Shown piece after piece: positions 58,323-64,000 of a stretch of 64,000 nucleotides of DNA; position 1 is the first letter of the stretch; every line of letters starts with the position of its first letter. Below the pieces are notes generated by a model. It saw only the letters and a list, made by a program, of their open reading frames with translations. It did not search any database and was not told the DNA's origin. The position numbers and the translations under genes were made by a program. The DNA is from Clostridia bacterium (GTDB lineage Bacteria; Bacillota; Clostridia; Saccharofermentanales; DTU023): the NCBI GenBank assembly GCA_040767365.1, contig JAXGOR010000002.1:247150-311149 (forward strand), written 5' to 3'.

Positions 58323-59714
58323 GATAAAGTAGCATATGTTTCGCACATTTGAATAAAGAGGACATGGAACCTCGTCTCACTTGGTAAAATTGATTTTAGG
58401 AAAAAAGAACCAAGGAGAGTGAAGAACCATGTCCGAGAAAATTATACAGTTGAACGAAGGAATCATCAAAGAAGAGTTGGGCGAGATGGTGCGGCAAAGC
58501 GTGGAAGATACGCTGAACGCACTTTTGGACGAAGAGGCCGACCGGCTGACCAATGCGAAACGTTATGAGAGAACGGCTCTGAGGAAGAGTACACGTGCCG
58601 GACACTACAAAAGAAAACTGTTGACACGGGCAGGCGAGGTAGAACTCAAGATGCCTAAGCTTCGGACCTTGACATTTGAAACTGCCATCATCCAGCGCCT
58701 ACCAGAAACGCGAGATAAGCGTGGAGGAAGCCTTGGTGGAGATGTACCTGGCCGGAGTCTCTGTACGCCGTGTAGAGGACATCACAGAAGCCCTGTGGGG
58801 CACCCGAGTGAGTGCGGGGACAGTCAGCCGCCTCAACCAAAAGGTATATGCCCAAATTGATGAATGGCGGAAGCGGTCACTTGAGATGAGTTACCCTTAC
58901 GTCTACCTTGACAGGATCTATCTCAAGCGAAACTTTGCTGGCAACTTTGAGAATGTGGCCATCCTCATCGCGATGGCAGTCAATGAGGAAGGTGAGCGTG
59001 AGGTCATTGGAGCCTGTGAGGGGTTACGAGAAGACAAGGAGTCCTGGATGGGCTTCCTGCGGGATCTTAAGTCAAGAGGACTTCAGGGCACACAGCTTTT
59101 CATCGGAGACAAGTGCCTGGGCTTGCTGGAAGCAGTTCACACGACTTACCCTGATGCCCGTTACCAGCGGTGCGGCATCCACTTCACCCGCAATGTGCTG
59201 TCAGTTGTCCCCGTGGGAAGATGAAGTTGGTCGCGGCCATGTTGCGGGCCATCCATGCTCAGGAGGATCGTCAGGCCGCCATTGCCAAATCCCAGGATGT
59301 GATCGCAAGACTCCGGGAAATGAAACTGACGAAGGCGGCAAAGAAGGTCGAGGATTCGGTCGTCGAAACCCTGGAGTATATGTATTTCCCCAGAGAACAT
59401 TGGCGCAAGATCCGAAGCAACAATGTCATTGAGCGATTGAATCGGGAGATTAAGAGGCGAACACGGTCGTAGGCACTTTTCCTGACGGAGAGTCAGCACT
59501 TATGCTGGTCTGTGCCCGATTGAGATACATGGAGAGTTCCCTCTGGGGTTCTAAATTGTATATGAGTATGAAGCACCTGGAAAAACACGAGCTGGAAACT
59601 CAGATGGAATATGAGGGGCATAGGAAAATGGGCCACGCTTTAGGTTCCCCCGACCGGGGGAACCTAAGACATTCACCAAGTGAGACAAATGTGCGAAAGA
59701 TCCTTGACAGTACC
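58323..59714 (+). mobile_element. IS256-family element, copy B (transposase pseudogene with at least 3 frameshifts)
   Basis: 1392 bp. 8-bp TSD TCCTTGAT at 58315-58322 and 59715-59722. The transposase is spread over ORFs 58429-58860, 58676-59224, 59170-59472 and 59502 onward, with IS256 hallmarks (VEEALVEMYLAGVSVRRVEDITEALWG, YPYVYLD, QRCGIHFTRNV, NNVIERLNREIKRRTR). The extra C at about 58696 is absent from copy A. Confidence 0.85.
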
Positions 59715-59820
59715 TCCTTGATCGAATCTTTCACAACGCTTACCAGATCCATCTTAAATCATCAGAAGATACGCCCTCTATGAGAAAGAAATACGGTCTA
59801 AACGATTAGTGACCGACCTG

Positions 59821-59898
59821 CCGGAAGGGTGGCCGTTCCTAACGGAACACTGGCCGGAATCGAACGGATCAGTGGGGCTACCCTTCCGAAATAAACAC
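59821..59898. repeat. Structured repeat unit R1 of unknown family
   Basis: Long-range stem ccggaagggtggcc / ggctacccttccg encloses a gttcc-taac-ggaac hairpin. The 3' 42 nt (59857-59898) recur at 60015-60056. The motif gctacccttccgaaataa recurs inverted at 57959-57976. Confidence 0.4.
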
Positions 59899-60014
59899 TC
59901 AATATCGAGAAATCATACGCGTGGGTGCGGGGGCGTCCAGCAAACACACCATCTCAATGATTATTACGGTGCGGTGGAACAGTGACTCTGCCGCAACGTG
60001 ATAATCAATTGGCG

Positions 60015-60056
60015 AGAATCGAACGAATCAGTCGGGCTATCCTTCCAAAACAAGCA
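60015..60056. repeat. Repeat unit R2 (direct copy of the R1 3' half)
   Basis: gaatcgaacgaatcagtcgggctatccttccaaaacaagcac compared with ggaatcgaacggatcagtggggctacccttccgaaataaacac: about 85 percent identity by eye. Confidence 0.4.
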
Positions 60057-60063
60057 CCATCAA

Positions 60064-60660
60064 TTAGTGTTTACCTTTGTAGCTATCAATATCATTAACA
60101 AATAATTCAAGCAAATCTCCTGGGGCAAGATTTTTATTCTTATGGCCAAGATCCTTTCTAATCAGCATAAGCAACTTTTCTAACTCAAAAATATTGGTGC
60201 CATTCGGGTTTGTTGATTGGTCTGGAGAGGGTAATGAACTACGATATCTCCCCCATTGCAAAATTACCTCATCTGAGCCCCAGATCATCAGGTTTGTTGT
60301 AAACTGGATCAGGTCCTTTACCAGATCTTCTTCTCTTGGTTTATGCTCATTACTTAATCTGTCCTTCAATAAATAGTTCATAGTGAATTCAAAAAAATGG
60401 AGATACAAAGGAATTTTTCTTTCACGCAAATCTTGTTCTACTGAACGTTTTTTTTCCAGATATTTCCCAGTCATCACAGAAAATACGGAGACAAGTATCG
60501 TCGCTACTGCTGCAATAATTGATGCTTGAACTTCTTTTTGAATACTTGCAAAGTATATAAAAAACCATCTACCTACCCAAAATATTCCTACTGCTATTAA
60601 TATTAAGATAAGCCAACCAATAACTAAAGTAATTTTTTTATCTTCATTTTGTGTGGACAT
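60064..60660 (-). CDS. Two-TM membrane protein with cytoplasmic helical domain, function unknown
   Basis: I prefer ATG at 60660 (MSTQNEDKK), 5 nt after GGAGG. Two hydrophobic helices lie at the N-terminus, followed by a charged soluble domain of about 130 aa. Confidence 0.45.
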   Translation of the reverse strand: MSTQNEDKKITLVIGWLILILIAVGIFWVGRWFFIYFASIQKEVQASIIAAVATILVSVFSVMTGKYLEKKRSVEQDLRERKIPLYLHFFEFTMNYLLKDRLSNEHKPREEDLVKDLIQFTTNLMIWGSDEVILQWGRYRSSLPSPDQSTNPNGTNIFELEKLLMLIRKDLGHKNKNLAPGDLLELFVNDIDSYKGKH

Positions 60661-61356
60661 TTTGACCTCCAAATCTACTTCCAATTATTGAACCAACCCT
60701 TATCACAATATATTAAAAACGCTCTAGCCAACCTTTCAATAAAACATATACACAAAGCAATAAGAAAATGAACAAAATAGGAAATTGATAAAGAAAACCA
60801 TGACTCGACCGTTTTCTAATGCGAACAATATCTCTCTGCCCTTTTTAAGGATGCTTATAGTCATAAAACCTATCATCTTGTTCCACAATACTCTAAAAGG
60901 AATCAATCTGCTCCTCATCCCGTACCTCAACCTCCTTGATATACCACACCCCTAGACGAGCTTTCATTTTTTGCAAATAATTATCTTCGTGATACACGTC
61001 AAAGCTTGTTCAACTCTTGACTGAATATTATCGAAATGAGTGCGATTAGCGGTGCCAGGCAACGAGGCTATTTAGTTATTGCCACTCTCACTATCAATCG
61101 ATTGGCCTCAGATAATGGAGCGGTAAAGAAAGGAGGGGGCGGAAGCTAGAAATGTGCCCCTTAAATATGGTACCTCCAATGACTACCAGTTAGCAATTTT
61201 TGGCTGTGCAAAAGGAGAATACTTGGATCTTTAGGACTACGATTCCAGACATGATTAACTTGTTAGCTTTAATTATCCAGCGGCGTAATCATAAAGTGCT
61301 TAAGTTAGTTGTTTCCGGATGCCCGTATTCCGTCCAGAAATAACCGGAATAAAACC

Positions 61357-61965
61357 TTAAACCAAGAAGGATTGCTTTGGAGTACGATTCCGTGCTTGGT
61401 AAGATTGAAGGAGGGCATAATCAATAACCCATCGCCCATGCCTGCCGCGTCCATCAAACGATAATATTTTTCTCTTTTTCCAATATCTGATAGCTCGCTC
61501 TACAGCGTATCGTGTTTCAGCGAGTTCCGCACATATTGATTTAATCGTTCTTTTTGGGTTTTCCTTAAACAGCTCCAATACTTCTTCATAATAATCATTC
61601 TCTTCTTCTTTTGGCCCTTCTCGGATAATTTGAACCCAGCTCAATAAGGTTGATTTTTTCAGGACCATCCGAGCGTTTACCTTGAATCCCCATCTGTAAA
61701 TGGAGCCATTTTCCATCAAATATATTATTCGTTGGTCCGTCTTCTTCATCCCAACTCGCCCGTGAGCAAAGGCGCATCGAATGTGTCTAAAAAGGCTCAT
61801 GAATTGATTTTCCTCATTATCATGGAAGGCAACTCGTTCATCATCTAAACGTGCAAAATCTTCATCCGAAAGTTTTGCCTTGTGAAGGGCACCTGGTAAC
61901 TCGTTATAGGTTTTTGCAGTCTGGAAATATTGTCTTATCCCCTCAAAATGATCTGACACCAGCAA
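61357..61965 (-). CDS. Hypothetical protein with HEPN-like Rx4H motif and C-terminal wHTH-like region; N-terminus possibly truncated by IS21
   Basis: FRHIRCAFAHGR contains R-x4-H. The C-terminal RTIKSICAELAETRYAVERAIRYWKKRKIL looks like a wHTH. The ORF begins with TTG immediately next to the putative IS21 end. Confidence 0.35.
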   Translation of the reverse strand: MLVSDHFEGIRQYFQTAKTYNELPGALHKAKLSDEDFARLDDERVAFHDNEENQFMSLFRHIRCAFAHGRVGMKKTDQRIIYLMENGSIYRWGFKVNARMVLKKSTLLSWVQIIREGPKEEENDYYEEVLELFKENPKRTIKSICAELAETRYAVERAIRYWKKRKILSFDGRGRHGRWVIDYALLQSYQARNRTPKQSFLV

Positions 61966-62002
61966 GTGTAGCCGTCAAGTAGCAATTTACAAAAACTGCT
62001 AA

Positions 62003-62767
62003 CTAGGTTTTTACACTTTCCTCTTTGAAGATTGTTTCCTGATGCTTCATTCTGAAGCTATCCCCATCCATTTTTACAATCTCTGACCGGTGTAGCAGCC
62101 GATCAAAAATAGCTGTTGTTGTGGCAGGATCATCCGCCAGTGCGCTCCACAGTTCAGGCGACCGATTGGAGGTCAAGATAATGGCTGTATTTTCATAGAG
62201 ATCGTGGATTAAATGAAAGAACATGGTTTGTTCGCGGGCGCTGGTTCCAAAATACATCAAGTCATCGATGATGACGACATCTGCTTTTCTGACCCTGCTG
62301 ATCTTAATCTGGGATTTTCGCATGAACTCTTCTGTCTTCAAGGCATCGAGGAGGCTGTTCATGGTGGTGTAGTAGACCCTCAATCCCTTCTTGATGCCTA
62401 CCAGTCCAAGACCCAAGGCCAGATGGGTTTTGCCCACACCTGGCGGCCCTAAGAGGATGAGATTGTAGGCATCGTGTACCCAATGAAATTCTGACAATTC
62501 TTTCAGCTGCCTGTCTGAAATACCGGTCAACTCACCCAACTTGAAATCTGCCAGCGATTTGATGTAGGGGAACTGAGCCCAGGTCAGACGGCGTCTCAAT
62601 CGTCTATCTTCCAGGTCGTCCACTTCCGCCTTCAGGATGTACTCCAGAAGCTCAGCATGCGTCCAGGAAGCCTTCTGCGCTTGCCTAAGGATGTCGGCCA
62701 ACTGGTCTCTGGTCGACAGAAGTTTTAGTTGACCACACTGTTCCTGCATCGTTTTTATGGTATCCAT
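62003..62767 (-). CDS. istB: IS21-family helper ATPase IstB
   Basis: Walker A GPPGVGKTHLALGLG and Walker B VVIIDDL. 254 aa, immediately after istA. Confidence 0.9.
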   Translation of the reverse strand: MDTIKTMQEQCGQLKLLSTRDQLADILRQAQKASWTHAELLEYILKAEVDDLEDRRLRRRLTWAQFPYIKSLADFKLGELTGISDRQLKELSEFHWVHDAYNLILLGPPGVGKTHLALGLGLVGIKKGLRVYYTTMNSLLDALKTEEFMRKSQIKISRVRKADVVIIDDLMYFGTSAREQTMFFHLIHDLYENTAIILTSNRSPELWSALADDPATTTAIFDRLLHRSEIVKMDGDSFRMKHQETIFKEESVKT

Positions 62768-64000
62768 TAACCCACCCCCAGTTTTACTAAGTAGGAATCA
62801 ACCGATCGTTGCGGTGCACTTTCAAGTACTTGCTGTGGGCTATCCTGGCTTTCCAGCAGCTTGATGGGTTCATGCCTTTTACGCCAAGCATCTTCGTAGG
62901 CCAGGAAGTGTTTGAAAGAGTTGGCTGAGTAGGCGTCTTCATGGATGCAGCGCTCCAGGGCAGCTTTTGCACTTTGCGGATACTCTTTAAGACTTCGAAT
63001 GATTAACCTGAATTGATCTTGACGGTGTCGCGGATAGTTGCGCCATATCTCTTCAACAAAGTGTCTTGCCTGGTCAGTGAATCCCAGCATCTGAAAGGCT
63101 TTTTCTTTCAGCTCCATCTGTGACTTTGAGGGTTGTCTTTCATGAAGCTCAGATCCGATGAGCTTGCCCTTGTTCTGGCAAAGCGGATGTTTGGCCAAGA
63201 TCTCCCTTTGTAAGGGATCCATGATGAGCAAGTGGCCGGCCTCCAACCGAAGAGTCAGTCTTTGTCCACCAAAGCGGTTATAGGTACCCAAGGGCACTGT
63301 GTAGCGGTTGGATCGGTAAGAGATGCTGTTGTCCTTGCGAATCGTCCTTGTTATACTCAGCTTGTAATTCTTGTCCAGAGTTACGGGATGGGCTGGCAGG
63401 AGATGTTTTTTCTCGGAGATGAACATCTTCTGCGGCCTTTCTTTTGTGAGATGGTGTTTTCGGTGATTACCGGTTCGCTTTAACCAGTTAAGAGACCGCT
63501 GATTCCAATCTTCTAAGCTGTTATAGAGCCTGTTTGCCGCAAAATTCCGTTTGACAAACTTCACCACACTCTCAACCTTGCCCTTTGATTCCGGGTCCTC
63601 CTTGCGGCATAGCCTCACTCGAAAGCCCCTGGTCTCAACGTAGGCTTGGAAGCCCGCGGTCAAAATAAAATCGCCCGCGTTCTCATTCACGGAGATGATG
63701 GCGTCTTGGTCGTAGACAAACTCTTCTGTCATGCCGCCAAAATAGGCTAACGCAAGTTCGTGGGCACGAATGCCATCGTCTGTAGTAAAGGGTCTGTCCT
63801 GCCAGTGGACGAACTTGTAGCGTGAGTGGCTCAAGACAAAAGAAATGAAGTAGAGTTTGATTTGACCGCCCCCTACCTTTTTCTGCCGGGACTGTCCCCA
63901 GTCGACTTGTGTTTGTTTACCAGGGGGCAGCTCAGGGACAGCCATGTAGGTTCTTGGCTTTGGATTCTTGGTGATCCCCTCGGCCTCCCTTAACTCTCTC
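62767..64000 (-). CDS. istA: IS21-family transposase IstA (5' end beyond window)
   Basis: PGKQTQVDWG, HSRYKFV and a DDE core. The frame stays open upstream of the listed Met (..RELREAEGITKNPKPRTYMAVPE..) to position 64000. Confidence 0.9.
   Translation of the reverse strand, partial: RELREAEGITKNPKPRTYMAVPELPPGKQTQVDWGQSRQKKVGGGQIKLYFISFVLSHSRYKFVHWQDRPFTTDDGIRAHELALAYFGGMTEEFVYDQDAIISVNENAGDFILTAGFQAYVETRGFRVRLCRKEDPESKGKVESVVKFVKRNFAANRLYNSLEDWNQRSLNWLKRTGNHRKHHLTKERPQKMFISEKKHLLPAHPVTLDKNYKLSITRTIRKDNSISYRSNRYTVPLGTYNRFGGQRLTLRLEAGHLLIMDPLQREILAKHPLCQNKGKLIGSELHERQPSKSQMELKEKAFQMLGFTDQARHFVEEIWRNYPRHRQDQFRLIIRSLKEYPQSAKAALERCIHEDAYSANSFKHFLAYEDAWRKRHEPIKLLESQDSPQQVLESAPQRSVDSYLVKLGVG

Larger units (their letters stand above)
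61967..64000 (-). mobile_element. IS21-family element (partial; continues beyond window end)
   Basis: istA and istB overlap by 1 nt (TAATG), which is typical of IS21. The proposed terminus, starting TGTAGCCGTCAAG at 61967, is a guess based on the IS21 TG end and its distance from the istB stop. Confidence 0.55.

Noticed and set aside
35555-59714. The two directly oriented IS256 copies, considered as the arms of a 24-kb composite transposon carrying the operon, the R-M pair and the ABC module.
   Set aside because: Each copy has its own different 8-bp TSD (CGGCACTA and TCCTTGAT), so they inserted independently. There is no shared outer TSD, and both transposases are dead. Homologous recombination between the copies remains possible, but that is not the same as a composite transposon.
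59857-59898. GGAATCGAAC-containing repeat, considered as the 3' half of a tRNA gene or a tRNA-derived att site.
   Set aside because: I could not build a matching acceptor stem, anticodon arm or T-stem complementarity. It is reported instead as an unclassified structured repeat.

Overview
The window has two compositional halves, judged by eye. Positions 1-34 kb are GC-rich core chromosome from a Firmicutes-like origin region. All of the following lie on the minus strand: two ABC-2 permeases plus an ATPase, a DivIVA-like protein, YfhO, parB, parA, a GNAT-threonine aldolase fusion, a perfect parS site, gyrB, a RemB/DUF370-like gene, recF, dnaN and dnaA. DnaA-box clusters flank dnaA on both sides, giving a bipartite oriC. 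To the right of oriC come a class-V aminotransferase, nadE, an M24 aminopeptidase, an SDR, a Pro-rich membrane protein, eno, MFS and MATE transporters, a DUF1116 protein, a DUF4910-like peptidase and dinB.

From about 35 kb to the window end the sequence is AT-rich and full of insertion sequences, so it looks like an accessory island. It holds two IS256-family copies, each with its own 8-bp target-site duplication (TSD). It also holds two copies of a 1.69-kb IS30-family element with 14-bp TSDs, one of them nested inside an IS256 copy. All four transposase genes are broken by independent indels. An apparently intact IS21 (istA-istB) runs off the right edge.

Between the IS copies lie three blocks.
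- A tightly coupled four-gene operon at 39.6-46.1 kb. It encodes an Hsp90/sacsin-like GHKL ATPase, two proteins with no motif I can recognise, and a >900-aa protein with repeated RNA polymerase alpha-CTD-like helix-hairpin-helix modules plus a sigma-70 region-4-like HTH. I cannot match this to any named defence system and rank it as the best candidate for an undescribed system.
- A convergent type IIS restriction-modification pair: an AlwI-family endonuclease with a FokI-like cleavage domain, plus an m5C methyltransferase.
- A BMP-type ABC importer plus a CodA-like amidohydrolase.

I found no CRISPR array, rRNA or tRNA. All family calls come from motif recognition by eye; no database search was run.
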